Notes under the pieces: model-generated
What the model was told of the DNA's origin: nothing
Databases searched by the model: none
Seen by the model: the letters and a program-made list of their open reading frames with translations, nothing else
DNA from: Escherichia phage vB_EcoS_HdSG1
Direction: 5' to 3' (one strand)
Sequence record: MK373795.1
Length of the DNA stretch: 63,595 bases
Translations under genes and position numbers: made by a program
In this document: piece after piece, positions 6,876 to 16,782 of the stretch
How the letters are laid out: the number at the start of each line of letters is the position of its first letter
Numbering within the stretch: the first letter of the stretch is position 1

Positions 6876-7310
6876 ATGACTGTGCAACCACGAGGTATCC
6901 GGAATAACAATCCGGGAAATATTCGTTGGGGTGATAACTGGAAAGGTCTTGTTCCAGAAAACAAACGAACTGACCGTTCTTTCTGTCAATTTATCGATGT
7001 AAAATACGGTATTCGCGCCATTGCGCGTATTCTACTAAACTACCGCAACCGCGAAGGAATGAAACGTGTTGGAAATAAAGGGATTGACACTGTACGGGAG
7101 ATTATTTCGCGCTGGGCTCCGCCAAATGAAAATAACACTGAAGCCTATATTCAATCTGTGTCTAAGGCTTGTGGTGTTGGTGCAGAACAGCCGATTTCAG
7201 TGACCGATGATAAAATCATGCTTGCAATCGTGAAAGCGATTATCAAACATGAGAACGGTGTGCAACCTTATTCTGATGAAGTTTTGCTCGCGGGTATTCA
7301 CATGGCATAG
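6876..7310 (+). CDS. putative endolysin (positional)
   Basis: 144 aa, soluble, between spanins and holin, RBS GGAG; no canonical lysozyme motif recognised by eye. Confidence 0.4.
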   Translation: MTVQPRGIRNNNPGNIRWGDNWKGLVPENKRTDRSFCQFIDVKYGIRAIARILLNYRNREGMKRVGNKGIDTVREIISRWAPPNENNTEAYIQSVSKACGVGAEQPISVTDDKIMLAIVKAIIKHENGVQPYSDEVLLAGIHMA

Positions 7311-7323
7311 TAAGAGGTTATAA

Positions 7324-7632
7324 GTGTCGCCGAATTGGGATTGGAATATAGTTTTTATTCTCACTGCCATTGCGATGGTAGGGGGTTCCCTTGGCTACGC
7401 TGCAAGAACCCATGATGCTAAAGAAAGGTTCAGACTCAGTGTCTTCATTCAAGAGGGTGCTTTTTCTGCATTCTTTGGTTTCTTGATAGGTGTAATTAAC
7501 GTGGAACATGGTGTCTCACTTGGGCTCAGTGGGGCGTTCATAGGCGTGTTATCTTGGTCCGGTTCAAGAACCATGCTAAAGTTTCTACGGAGAAAGACAG
7601 AAGCATGTGACCGAGAAAAGGAAAGAGGTTGA
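7324..7632 (+). CDS. putative holin
   Basis: GTG start with RBS AAGAGG; 3 predicted TM helices and charged C-terminus. Confidence 0.5.
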   Translation: MSPNWDWNIVFILTAIAMVGGSLGYAARTHDAKERFRLSVFIQEGAFSAFFGFLIGVINVEHGVSLGLSGAFIGVLSWSGSRTMLKFLRRKTEACDREKERG

Positions 7633-7634
7633 TT

Positions 7635-7871
7635 ATGCGTCACTTCATCAATGATCTTCTTATATTGTGTAAGAAACCGCGATTGCTTTTCATCTATATG
7701 ATGATTGGACTTGCACAAATTGGAGTCAGTGCTATCGCCATTGATCAGATGCACAAGAAACACAGGGCAAACCTGCAACCTTCAACACCACCTGTTTATG
7801 TGGTCAATAAGGTTGAACAAATCAAACAAGACATTCGGGAGATAACGTACATTCCTAAAGTTGACATGTAG
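7635..7871 (+). CDS. small membrane protein (holin or antiholin candidate)
   Basis: 78 aa, one TM helix, RBS GGAAAGAGG; last gene before terminator. Confidence 0.45.
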   Translation: MRHFINDLLILCKKPRLLFIYMMIGLAQIGVSAIAIDQMHKKHRANLQPSTPPVYVVNKVEQIKQDIREITYIPKVDM

Positions 7872-7887
7872 ATTGGTTTGTAAGTAA

Positions 7888-7926
7888 AGCCCGCTCTTTG
7901 AATTTATATCGAGCGGGCTTTTTATT
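7888..7926 (+). terminator. Rho-independent terminator after lysis cassette
   Basis: AAGCCCGCTC / GAGCGGGCTT 10-bp stem followed by TTTTTATT. Confidence 0.75.
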
Positions 7927-8000
7927 GACATTTGCTATAACCCTTGCAATTAATTAATCCACCGCTTATATTCGTGTCAAGAATCGACAGGAGTAACGTT

Positions 8001-8552
8001 ATGGTAAAGCCTATTCTACCTTGGACACGTAGCATTGAATACGAAGCTGATCTCACTAAAGAAGAGATGGCTATACGTGACTCTGTCGTTGAAGAATATC
8101 TGTTCGATTATGATTGGGTTAATGCGTGTAAACGTGTAGGCATGAGCTCCGCAATGGCGTTTGATTATGCTAAACGTTTTCAGGATGATAGCTATTGCCA
8201 AAGACGAATTAAAGAACTTCAACAGCAGAAAGCAAGAAGTGCTCAACGTGACAGCAAATATGAAATAGAACAAGAGCGCCAGCGCATCATTGAAGGTCTT
8301 AGATTTGAATCCACTTATCGCGGCCCTGGATCTTCTCAAGCTGCTCGTGTTGCTGCATATAAACAATTATGTAGCATCTTTGGATTTGAAGCTCCTAAGC
8401 AACAGAAGATGGATGTTGGTGTATCCACTGGTGTTATGCTGGTTCCTATGGTTGGTTCTATGGATGATTGGGAAAGAGTTGCTGGGGAGTCTCAGACTAA
8501 GCTGCAAGAGGATACTTTAAATGGACTCAATGATACAGACACCGTCCACTAA
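8001..8552 (+). CDS. terminase small subunit (putative)
   Basis: Directly upstream of and overlapping the large terminase; start at ATG 8001 with RBS CAGGAG. Confidence 0.55.
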   Translation: MVKPILPWTRSIEYEADLTKEEMAIRDSVVEEYLFDYDWVNACKRVGMSSAMAFDYAKRFQDDSYCQRRIKELQQQKARSAQRDSKYEIEQERQRIIEGLRFESTYRGPGSSQAARVAAYKQLCSIFGFEAPKQQKMDVGVSTGVMLVPMVGSMDDWERVAGESQTKLQEDTLNGLNDTDTVH

Positions 8553-10119
8553 GGTAGTATGGAAACCACATCCAGGATCTCAGGTACTGGCACTGAGTTG
8601 TCCAGCAGATGAGATTTTATATCATGGTACTCGTGGCCCTGGAAAGACCGATGCTCAGTTGATGCGTTTTCGTCGTTATGTTGGCATGGGGTATGGTAAA
8701 CATTGGCGCGGTATCATTTTTGACCGAGAATACAAAAACTTAGATGACTTAGTTGCAAAGTCACAGCGTTGGTTTCCTGAATTTAATGATGGTTGTAAAT
8801 TCTTATCTTCCAAGTCAGATTATAAATGGGTATGGCCTAGCGGCGAAGAACTAATGTTCCGTGTTGCTAAAAAGCCTAAGGATTACTGGCTGTACCACGG
8901 TCAGGAATTTCCATTTATTGGATGGAACGAATTAACTAAATATCCTGATAGTGGGCTTTATGAAGCAATGAAGTCCTGTAACCGTACATCCTTTGTTGCA
9001 GAAGAAAACCCGATAATTATTGATGGTGACGTGTATCAGAGAACTGGGCGTCTTGTGCTTGTTCAACCGGACCATGAATACGCAATGCAGTTCATACTGC
9101 CACCTTTGCCGTTGCAGATCTTTTCTACGACTAACCCGTTTGGGGTTGGACATAACTGGGTCAAGAAATATTTTATTAACTCTTGTCCTCTTGGGTCCAT
9201 GAAAAAGGAAGTAACAAACGTCTTCAACCCGCGTACACAGAAACGGGAAGACGTAGTTCGAACTCGCTGCCATATATTTGGTTCGTATCGAGAGAACCGC
9301 AACTTGACACCGGAATATGTTGCGCAGCTTGTAAACATTGACGATCCTAACCTCCGTATGGCATGGCTCGGTGGTAGCTGGGATATTACGTCAGGTGGAA
9401 TGTTCGACGACCTGTGGCGCCAGAATATACATGTGGTCAAACCATTTCCAATACCTCACTCCTGGAGAATTGATAGATCGTTTGACTGGGGCTCAAGTAA
9501 ACCGTTTTCTGTTGGTTGGTGGGCAAGAAGTGATGGTAGCGATATCGTGTATCCAAATGGGCGTCGTGTACGAACAGTACGAGGTGACTTATTTAGGATC
9601 ATGGAGTGGTATGGTACTAACGGAAAACCGAACGAAGGTTTAAGATTATTGGATTCTGAAATTGCTCGTGGTATCATCGTCAGGGAAATTGAAGCTGGTT
9701 TATACGGTCGCGTAGTTCCAGGCCCTGCTGATAACAGCATTTGGGACGTTAAGGACGGTAACAGTACCGCAGCAACAATGTCTAAACCAATAACTATCAA
9801 TGGTCGGTCTTATCCCGGTGTACAGTGGATTCGAAGTGATAAGTCACCTGGATCTCGTAAAGCAGGTTGGAAACGAATGCGGGAATATTTAGCTGCTTCA
9901 ATTCCGGATCCTAAGGTTGCCGCTTTACGTGAAAGACCTTCTATGTTTATTTTTGACAACTGTCATCACTTTATAGATCTTGTTCCAACTCTTGCCAGAG
10001 ACGAAGATGATCTTGATGATGTCGATACTGATTCTGAAGACCACATTGCTGACGAAGCTCGTTATCGCGTAGCCAACGAAGCACGCGGCGGCAGTATCGG
10101 TAAGACTGTGGGGACATAA
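8521..10119 (+). CDS. terminase large subunit
   Basis: 532 aa; Walker A-like GTRGPGKT near N-terminus; RBS AAGAGGA; followed by portal. Confidence 0.8.
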   Translation: MDSMIQTPSTKVVWKPHPGSQVLALSCPADEILYHGTRGPGKTDAQLMRFRRYVGMGYGKHWRGIIFDREYKNLDDLVAKSQRWFPEFNDGCKFLSSKSDYKWVWPSGEELMFRVAKKPKDYWLYHGQEFPFIGWNELTKYPDSGLYEAMKSCNRTSFVAEENPIIIDGDVYQRTGRLVLVQPDHEYAMQFILPPLPLQIFSTTNPFGVGHNWVKKYFINSCPLGSMKKEVTNVFNPRTQKREDVVRTRCHIFGSYRENRNLTPEYVAQLVNIDDPNLRMAWLGGSWDITSGGMFDDLWRQNIHVVKPFPIPHSWRIDRSFDWGSSKPFSVGWWARSDGSDIVYPNGRRVRTVRGDLFRIMEWYGTNGKPNEGLRLLDSEIARGIIVREIEAGLYGRVVPGPADNSIWDVKDGNSTAATMSKPITINGRSYPGVQWIRSDKSPGSRKAGWKRMREYLAASIPDPKVAALRERPSMFIFDNCHHFIDLVPTLARDEDDLDDVDTDSEDHIADEARYRVANEARGGSIGKTVGT

Positions 10120-10131
10120 GGAGTTCAACAG

Positions 10132-11658
10132 ATGGCCATTTCTTCGGTTCATCCTAAATATTTACAGTTTAGTGCATTATGGTTGAAGATGCGGGACTGT
10201 TTCCTTGGAGCTGACCACGTTAAGGCTCAAGGTACTTTGTATCTTCCACCGACACCTGCTATGCGTTATGACGGTATGAAACCAGGCGAAGATGGCTATA
10301 TCCGTTACAACGATTATAAAGACCGTGCAGTGTTCCCGGAGTATGTCGCTGATGCAGTAGTTAATCACAGTGGTATGCTTCATAGTAAGTCAGCTATTAT
10401 TCAGTTGCCTGCTGCAATGGAACCACTTCGTCAATCTGCTACCAGCAAGCGCGAAGGTTTAGATCAGCTATTACGCCGCATAAACGAGCTACAGCTACGC
10501 GATGGTCGTCTTGGCCTTCTGTTGGAGCTGCCAGCGGGAAGTACCCGTGACACGTTGCCGTACATTGCGGTATACGAGGCGTTAAGTATACGAAACTGGG
10601 ACGACGGTGAGGATGATCTTGGTTCACTTAACCTTAACCTAGTTGTCCTGGATGAGTCCAAAGAAGTAATGGACAAGACTTCATTTGATTGGACTTATAA
10701 AGTTCAGTACCGAGTTCTTGTTCTTGGAAGTGCCAATGTAGACGAACCGACAGATAGCGGTTACGTGTACGGGCAATACATGACAGAACTGCTTCCTGGT
10801 GAAGATGACGAACCAGAAGAGGTGAGTTCTGACGTTGTAGTCCCTCAATATAAAGGTACTCCGCTTGAGCAGATACCTTTCGTATTTTGTAACGCTATGG
10901 ACTTAGTCCCAGAACCAGATAAACCACCGCTACTTGCATTAGCAAACAGATGTATTTCCATTTATCAGGGTGAAGCTGATTATCGACAGGCTTTGTTTAT
11001 GCAGAGCCAGGATACGCTGGTTGTTCGTGGTGGTATTACGAACAGTGACGCAGTTGATGATAAAGCTCCTGTTCGTGTCGGTGCTGGTGCTCGTATTGAT
11101 GTATCTCCGGACGGTGATGCCAAATACATTGGTACTAACTCGCAAGGTCTACCGGAGCAACGTAAAGCACTTGAAGCTGACCATAAAGACGCTCAGACCC
11201 GTTCCGGGCATTTAACCAGTGCAGAAAGTGCTTCTCAAGAATCTGGTGACGCACTGGAAACACGTCTTATCACTAAGACTGCTTCATTAGTTGGTATTGC
11301 TAAGACTGGTGCTGCTGCGTTAGAAAAAATCCTTCGTATTTGTGCTATATGGATGGGATTAAATCCAGACGAAGTTAAAGTTACACCTAACCTTGACTTC
11401 AGCAAAGCTAATATTGAAGGCCAGGAATTGGTGCAGGTGCAGACTGCCAAGAATCTTGGTGCTCCGTTATGTGCTGAGTCTATGCACAACTGGTTGCAGG
11501 ATAAGGGAATGACCTCTTTGACGTTTGAAGAGGAGATGAAACGGCTTGAGGAAGAGCGCAAAGAATACCCGTTCCTTTTACCTCAAGTTAAAAATGATCA
11601 GAACCAGATCCAGCAAACAACTGGAGAACAGACGGGGAATGAAAATGCCGCTAAGTAA
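10132..11658 (+). CDS. portal protein
   Basis: 508 aa directly after large terminase, acidic C-terminus, RBS AAGGAG. Confidence 0.7.
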   Translation: MAISSVHPKYLQFSALWLKMRDCFLGADHVKAQGTLYLPPTPAMRYDGMKPGEDGYIRYNDYKDRAVFPEYVADAVVNHSGMLHSKSAIIQLPAAMEPLRQSATSKREGLDQLLRRINELQLRDGRLGLLLELPAGSTRDTLPYIAVYEALSIRNWDDGEDDLGSLNLNLVVLDESKEVMDKTSFDWTYKVQYRVLVLGSANVDEPTDSGYVYGQYMTELLPGEDDEPEEVSSDVVVPQYKGTPLEQIPFVFCNAMDLVPEPDKPPLLALANRCISIYQGEADYRQALFMQSQDTLVVRGGITNSDAVDDKAPVRVGAGARIDVSPDGDAKYIGTNSQGLPEQRKALEADHKDAQTRSGHLTSAESASQESGDALETRLITKTASLVGIAKTGAAALEKILRICAIWMGLNPDEVKVTPNLDFSKANIEGQELVQVQTAKNLGAPLCAESMHNWLQDKGMTSLTFEEEMKRLEEERKEYPFLLPQVKNDQNQIQQTTGEQTGNENAAK

Positions 11659-11731
11659 AGGCGTGCAACGTAAAGCAAAAGCCAAGAGTAAAAAATAGTT
11701 GCTTCATTCTTAATGATGTATTAGTCTTTAT

Positions 11732-11761
11732 AGCGCGGTAGAATGGTCTATCGCGCTTTTT
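11732..11761 (+). terminator. weak terminator-like hairpin
   Basis: AGCGCG / CGCGCT stem, 14-nt loop, TTTTT. Confidence 0.35.
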
Positions 11762-11789
11762 AGTGGAACGGTCCACAATGGAGAATTTT

Positions 11790-12668
11790 ATGAACAAATA
11801 TCACATTCATCTAGCGGTAGCTTATTCCGCTGGCTTCTTCCAGTCCATGCCTCGTTTTGGTGCATTGGAACTTGAATATACTTCTGAGGATGAAATCCCG
11901 GAAAACGCGCGTGAGTATTATTCCCAAGAAGGTGATAAGTGGATCCTCACTGGTGTAAAGGGTGGTGGCAAACAGAATATTGACAGGTTGCAATCTGCAC
12001 TTGAAAAAGAACGCAACGATCATAAAGCGGTCAAGAGTAAGCTAAGTAAGCTGAACGGACGTGATATTGACGAACTCTTGCAGCGCGACGCTGAATATGA
12101 AGAGCTTAAACTTCGTGCGGATAAAGTTGATGATGAAAAGTTGGAGCAGATCATTAACGTACGAATCCGTAACAAGTTGACTCCGCTTGAGCGTGAACGT
12201 GACGAGCTGAAAAACAAACTTTCCACCTATGAGAAGCAAGTGGAAGAGCTGACCACAAAAGAGAAGAACCGCATCGTTAAGACCGCTCTTAGCAAGGCTG
12301 CAATGTCTGCTAAAGTGATCACGGAAGCTATTGACGACGTGGAACTGATTGGTTCTCGTTTGTTTGAGCTCACCGAAGACGGTCAGGTTGTAACACGCGA
12401 CGGTGTGGGCGTAACTCCCGGCATTACTCCAGAAATGTGGTTACAGGACATTCAGGATAAGAAACCTCACTGGTTCCCTGGAAACGTTGGCGGTGGTGCT
12501 GGTGGCTCACGTACTCCTGGCGCTGCTGGTAAGAACCCGTGGAGTGCCGACGGTTGGAACCTTACTGAGCAGGGTAAAATTCTTCGTGAAAATCCTGAAA
12601 AAGCAGGCCGTCTGGCAGCCATGGCTGGCGTGGACTTGAAGCGTCCAGTACGTCCAGTTAAAAAATAA
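11790..12668 (+). CDS. scaffolding protein (putative)
   Basis: Coiled-coil-rich, charged, between portal and capsid; ATG 11790 with GGAG; alternative ATG 11778. Confidence 0.5.
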   Translation: MNKYHIHLAVAYSAGFFQSMPRFGALELEYTSEDEIPENAREYYSQEGDKWILTGVKGGGKQNIDRLQSALEKERNDHKAVKSKLSKLNGRDIDELLQRDAEYEELKLRADKVDDEKLEQIINVRIRNKLTPLERERDELKNKLSTYEKQVEELTTKEKNRIVKTALSKAAMSAKVITEAIDDVELIGSRLFELTEDGQVVTRDGVGVTPGITPEMWLQDIQDKKPHWFPGNVGGGAGGSRTPGAAGKNPWSADGWNLTEQGKILRENPEKAGRLAAMAGVDLKRPVRPVKK

Positions 12669-12806
12669 TAAAATTTGTTGACACTCCCTCCGGTTGGTGT
12701 TAGTTTTACATCAACCGGAGCACGGGCTCCGATCAATCAAGGATTATTGGAGCCTCCCACGGCGGTAGAGTTCCAAAGTAAATCGATTAACTTTGCGGAG
12801 ACTACC

Positions 12807-13910
12807 ATGTCTAAAATTCTGTCAGCTCCGATGCTTAATTTGCGAGCTACCAATTCAATTCTTCTGTCTGCTGTTCGTCGTGGTGCGATCACTGAACTTG
12901 CAGATGTTATCGTTCCAGAGATCTTCGTACCGTATGTGCAGAACCGCACAACTGAAAAGTCCCGACTGATTCAGTCTGGTGCTATTGAGATTTCTGAGCG
13001 TCTTAACGCTACATTGATGGGTGAAGGTACTACCTTTAACCAGCGTTTCTTCAAAGATCTGGATCGTGACGAAGAAAACGTTTCAAGCGCAAGCGATGCA
13101 ACCGAGTCTACTCCTGGTGGTATTAAATCTGGGCGTGAAATTCAGATCCGTCTGTCCCGTAACCATTCCTGGGGTTCTGCGGACCTGCTGGACAGCTTGA
13201 TCTCCCCGGACCCGCTGGATGCTATCATCAACTTAGTGGCAAGCTACCGTCAGAGCCGTCTGCAACGTGCATTCGTTGCAACTGTCAGTGGTGTGTTTGC
13301 TATGAACGCCGCTGCTCCGGTTGGTTCCGGTGATAAGAAGTCTACCCATGTTCAGAACGATATGACCCATGATATCTCTGGTTCATCCTTCACTGATGGT
13401 GTGACTAACTTCAACCCGGCCGGTGTTATCCTGGCGGCTGGTACTATGGGTGACTCCCTGAACGACCTGTCCATGATGATGGTACACAGTGTGGTCTACC
13501 AGCGTATGCAGCTGATGAACCTGATCAACTTCATCCCGGATGCCCGTGCTGAAGTAATGATCCCGACTTACATGGGCCGTGAAGTTATCGTTGATGATAT
13601 GATGCCTCACGATAACGGTAAGTACGAAACCTGGCTGGTCGGTCGTGGTGCATTCCAGTTAGGTGTTGGTTCACCGAAAGTTCCTGTTGAAACTGAACGT
13701 AAACCTGCATCCTACAAAGGTGGCGGTTCTGAAATCCTGTTCCATCGCTGGGAAAACATCATTCACCCTGTCGGTCACGCATGGGTTGGTACTGCTGCTG
13801 AAGGTGGTCCGGATAACGCCGCTCTGAAGACTGCTGCCAACTGGGCTCGTGTATTCCCTGAGCGTAAACAGATTAAGATTGCTCGCCTGGTCACTCGCGA
13901 ACACGCTTAA
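12807..13910 (+). CDS. major capsid protein
   Basis: 367 aa from internal ATG with RBS GCGGAG; position after portal and scaffold; strong terminator follows. Confidence 0.7.
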   Translation: MSKILSAPMLNLRATNSILLSAVRRGAITELADVIVPEIFVPYVQNRTTEKSRLIQSGAIEISERLNATLMGEGTTFNQRFFKDLDRDEENVSSASDATESTPGGIKSGREIQIRLSRNHSWGSADLLDSLISPDPLDAIINLVASYRQSRLQRAFVATVSGVFAMNAAAPVGSGDKKSTHVQNDMTHDISGSSFTDGVTNFNPAGVILAAGTMGDSLNDLSMMMVHSVVYQRMQLMNLINFIPDARAEVMIPTYMGREVIVDDMMPHDNGKYETWLVGRGAFQLGVGSPKVPVETERKPASYKGGGSEILFHRWENIIHPVGHAWVGTAAEGGPDNAALKTAANWARVFPERKQIKIARLVTREHA

Positions 13911-13928
13911 TGCTTTAGCCATGTAATT

Positions 13929-13955
13929 AAAGGGGCCTATATGGTCCCTTTTTTG
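13929..13955 (+). terminator. Rho-independent terminator after capsid gene
   Basis: AAAGGGGCC / GGTCCCTTT stem then TTTTTT. Confidence 0.65.
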
Positions 13956-13967
13956 TTAGGAGGAAAC

Positions 13968-14402
13968 ATGCGTTATCAACGTCATTCAAGACATCGTCGT
14001 TATGTACGTCATGAACGTCACGGTTCAGATGCAACACCTAAAGCAAAGATTAAGACTGTAGGTAAAGTTCAGTATTCAGCTGACGGTGAAAGTGGTTGGC
14101 AAGATACAATCCCTGAAGGTCTTATGAAAGTAAGTACACCACTGACTTTCTACATTCGTGCTAAAGAAGTAGATCCAGAGGATGATGGTTCTTATATCTA
14201 CAAGTTCGAAATTGCTGCTGGAACTGGTGATGCGTTGTCCCTTCAAAATACGGCCGTCAACAAAGCAAAAATCTCTGGTACGGCTCCAGAAGGTATGCTG
14301 AGTAAAACGTTCAGTGTGAACTGTACTGTTGAAGACAGTTATGGGACAGAAGTTACGGGAACTGCATTAACACAAGCCTGGTCCGCAGCTTCCGAAGTAT
14401 AA
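13968..14402 (+). CDS. hypothetical virion protein (possible head decoration)
   Basis: ATG 13968 with RBS TAGGAGGAAAC (track ATG 13941 lies inside the terminator hairpin); basic N-terminus. Confidence 0.5.
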   Translation: MRYQRHSRHRRYVRHERHGSDATPKAKIKTVGKVQYSADGESGWQDTIPEGLMKVSTPLTFYIRAKEVDPEDDGSYIYKFEIAAGTGDALSLQNTAVNKAKISGTAPEGMLSKTFSVNCTVEDSYGTEVTGTALTQAWSAASEV

Positions 14403-14424
14403 ACATTAAATTGCTAGATGTTTT

Positions 14425-14462
14425 AAAGGGTGTTACACTTCGCTTGTAACACCTTTTATTTT
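14425..14462 (+). terminator. Rho-independent terminator
   Basis: AAAGGGTGTTACA / TGTAACACCTTTT 13-bp stem (1 mismatch) then TTTTATTTT. Confidence 0.7.
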
Positions 14463-14471
14463 GAGGAATGA

Positions 14472-15143
14472 ATGATGAAAGACAAGATCATTGAAGGGCT
14501 TCGTAAACTCAACGTTGAGAATGACAATCATTGGACTGCCGATGGCCTGCCTAAAATTGAAGCATTGAAGTTTACAGTTGGCCCGTCCGTCACGCGAGAA
14601 GATGTCAATTCTGTTGCGCCTGGGTTCACTCGTTCAAATCCTGTAATTGAGGACGTCGAACATGAAGAAAAGCATGACACTTCCTCATTGCAGGAAACCG
14701 AACAGACGGAAGTTGTTGCAGATACCGACAATGCACAATATGAGTCCTTATCTAAGGCTGAAGCAGATAAGGAAACTGTTAACGGTAAATCGATTGTCAC
14801 TACGCGACTAGCTTTAGAAGTTAACATGAGCGATGCAGTTAAAGCAATGCTCAAAGATATTCCAGATATCGACTTTGACACTGTTTCTGTGGAAGAGCTT
14901 AAAGAATATGAAAAAGTTCTTTCGGAACAAGTCAACGCAGACAACCAGATGTTATCTGCAATGCACGAACTTGTTGAATCTCGTGCTAAACTGTACGCAA
15001 AAGTCAACACTGAAATTGAACGTCGTAAGCCTAAGACCGAGCTGGCTCACACGTTAGCATCTTTCCGTGATCAGATGGCACAAATCCCACATGTGGTCAA
15101 TCAGCCTCGTATGGTTGTTCGTAACGGTATTCGCACTCGTTAA
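14472..15143 (+). CDS. hypothetical acidic protein (structural module)
   Basis: 223-aa ORF between head and head-tail genes. Confidence 0.55.
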   Translation: MMKDKIIEGLRKLNVENDNHWTADGLPKIEALKFTVGPSVTREDVNSVAPGFTRSNPVIEDVEHEEKHDTSSLQETEQTEVVADTDNAQYESLSKAEADKETVNGKSIVTTRLALEVNMSDAVKAMLKDIPDIDFDTVSVEELKEYEKVLSEQVNADNQMLSAMHELVESRAKLYAKVNTEIERRKPKTELAHTLASFRDQMAQIPHVVNQPRMVVRNGIRTR

Positions 15144-15151
15144 GGTGACAT

Positions 15152-15481
15152 ATGGCATTTCGAACAGACAAAAAGTTCTTGTTTCATATGATGCAACGTA
15201 ACAGACGTCGTCGAGATGCCACGTTGAACCCTGTAAGCGGTGTCCTGGGGTGGGTAACGCCGCCCCCGTCGACAGGTGTGGTAGATACCGATTACGTTAC
15301 AACGTGGCAGAATGGACAAACACCTTACGTTGTACAGGTCTTTAAAGATAAAGAATTGGTCTCACAGAATCAGTCTGATTTGCAGACCTTCACAATTAAC
15401 GAATCGTCTGCTGCAAGGTATGACATTAAAATTATAAGTGCAGACGGTCAGATTCTTAATGGTACAATAGATATTGCCTGA
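15152..15481 (+). CDS. hypothetical protein (structural module)
   Basis: 109-aa ORF. Confidence 0.45.
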   Translation: MAFRTDKKFLFHMMQRNRRRRDATLNPVSGVLGWVTPPPSTGVVDTDYVTTWQNGQTPYVVQVFKDKELVSQNQSDLQTFTINESSAARYDIKIISADGQILNGTIDIA

Positions 15482-15488
15482 GGTGCAT

Positions 15489-15992
15489 ATGGCTGTAACT
15501 ATCATTGTTGAAGATGGGTCTTGTGTACCTAACGCAAATAGCTATATTGATGTCGAATATGCTACGCAATATTTAGAAGACCGTGGATTTACTGTTCCAG
15601 CAGAAGATAAGTTGAAACCTATGCTTATCAACGCAATGGATTTTATGGAAAGTCTTAATCGCTATAAGGGTAAGCGCACCAACCAGGATCAGGAACTACA
15701 GTTTCCGCGCAGCGGCTTATACAGCGACGGTGTAGAGATTCCAGGTAACACCATACCCGTAGCAATTAAGCGAGCACAGGCCCAACTGGTCGCGGATACG
15801 GTGCAGAGTGGTAAGCCATTATTAAGTAACAGTACCAATTATGCACTGAAAAAGCGTATTCTTGGACCGCTGACGCTTGAATATGCAGTTGGTCAGAGTG
15901 CTGTATTAGAAAGTGCAACACCACACCCGCGTTTCTGGGCTTTGATTAATGACTACCTGCGAAGCTCTAGCTCAAAAGGAGTAATGCGATGA
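15489..15992 (+). CDS. head-tail adaptor (putative, positional)
   Basis: ATG 15489 with RBS GAGGTG; co-oriented with downstream joining genes. Confidence 0.45.
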   Translation: MAVTIIVEDGSCVPNANSYIDVEYATQYLEDRGFTVPAEDKLKPMLINAMDFMESLNRYKGKRTNQDQELQFPRSGLYSDGVEIPGNTIPVAIKRAQAQLVADTVQSGKPLLSNSTNYALKKRILGPLTLEYAVGQSAVLESATPHPRFWALINDYLRSSSSKGVMR

Positions 15993-16363
15993 CAATTGCT
16001 TCAGAATTTATTGCAATGGCACATGAGATGCTGAACGACCAAGAAATTGGTTTTGATGGAACACTCATTGTTAAAGTAAAAGAAGATGGAAGTGAATCAA
16101 AGCCTTGGGCTCCGACTTTTAAAGAACAAGAAGTACCACTGCGTTTGTTCTATGACGAGCAGTCAAAGACTAACGTAAACGGTAGCATAGTTCTTCAAGG
16201 TGAAAAGGTCTTTATCACTTACGAACCGGACGGTATTAGTCTGGAAGATTGCATTGGTTTTAAATTTATTGACCACAAAGGGCGCTCGTTCGTCGTTAAT
16301 GCTGTTGAGCCTATCGGTGCGGGTGGAACTACAATCATTAGTTACGTTAAAGTTGGTTCCTAA
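15989..16363 (+). CDS. head-tail joining protein (putative, positional)
   Basis: 124-aa ORF overlapping stop and start of neighbours. Confidence 0.45.
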   Translation: MTIASEFIAMAHEMLNDQEIGFDGTLIVKVKEDGSESKPWAPTFKEQEVPLRLFYDEQSKTNVNGSIVLQGEKVFITYEPDGISLEDCIGFKFIDHKGRSFVVNAVEPIGAGGTTIISYVKVGS

Positions 16364-16782
16364 TGGCTAAGAAGAGCTTCCGTGATCAGTTTACCAGTGC
16401 TCAATTAAGAGCCATGCAAAAAGCCGCAGGTGAGGTAAAACAAAGACTTTATGGCTTCGTTAGTGCTGTTGTTGATGACACTCCTGTTAAGGACGGTGGA
16501 TTACGCGGAAGTTGGCAGATACAGAAATCACCCGACCTTATTGAGGACAATCTGCCGGAAGACCCGTCCGGAGCTGCTACGAAACAAAGATTGTTTACTA
16601 AAATAAGATATCTCCCAATCCATCAAGATTGGGATATTTATTTTGGTAACGGTAAACCTTATGCTCAGAAGATCGAATATGAAGGTTACAGTAAGCAGGC
16701 GCCTAACGGGATGTTGCGTAAGAACATCGCAAGAGGTGGACAAGCATTCAGTGGATTTAAACTTGGGAGCTTTGATAAATGA
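16363..16782 (+). CDS. tail completion protein (putative, positional)
   Basis: 139-aa ORF. Confidence 0.4.
   Translation: MAKKSFRDQFTSAQLRAMQKAAGEVKQRLYGFVSAVVDDTPVKDGGLRGSWQIQKSPDLIEDNLPEDPSGAATKQRLFTKIRYLPIHQDWDIYFGNGKPYAQKIEYEGYSKQAPNGMLRKNIARGGQAFSGFKLGSFDK

Noticed and set aside
10132-13910. Looked for a prohead maturation protease between portal and major capsid
   Set aside because: Only a coiled-coil scaffold-like gene is present; no serine or herpesvirus-type protease motif seen. The head appears to assemble with a separate scaffold and no dedicated protease, unless one of the early peptidases has that role.
13941-13967. Track start at 13941 (MVPFLLGG) for the post-capsid gene
   Set aside because: That ATG lies inside the terminator hairpin and lacks an RBS; the downstream ATG at 13968 has a strong RBS.
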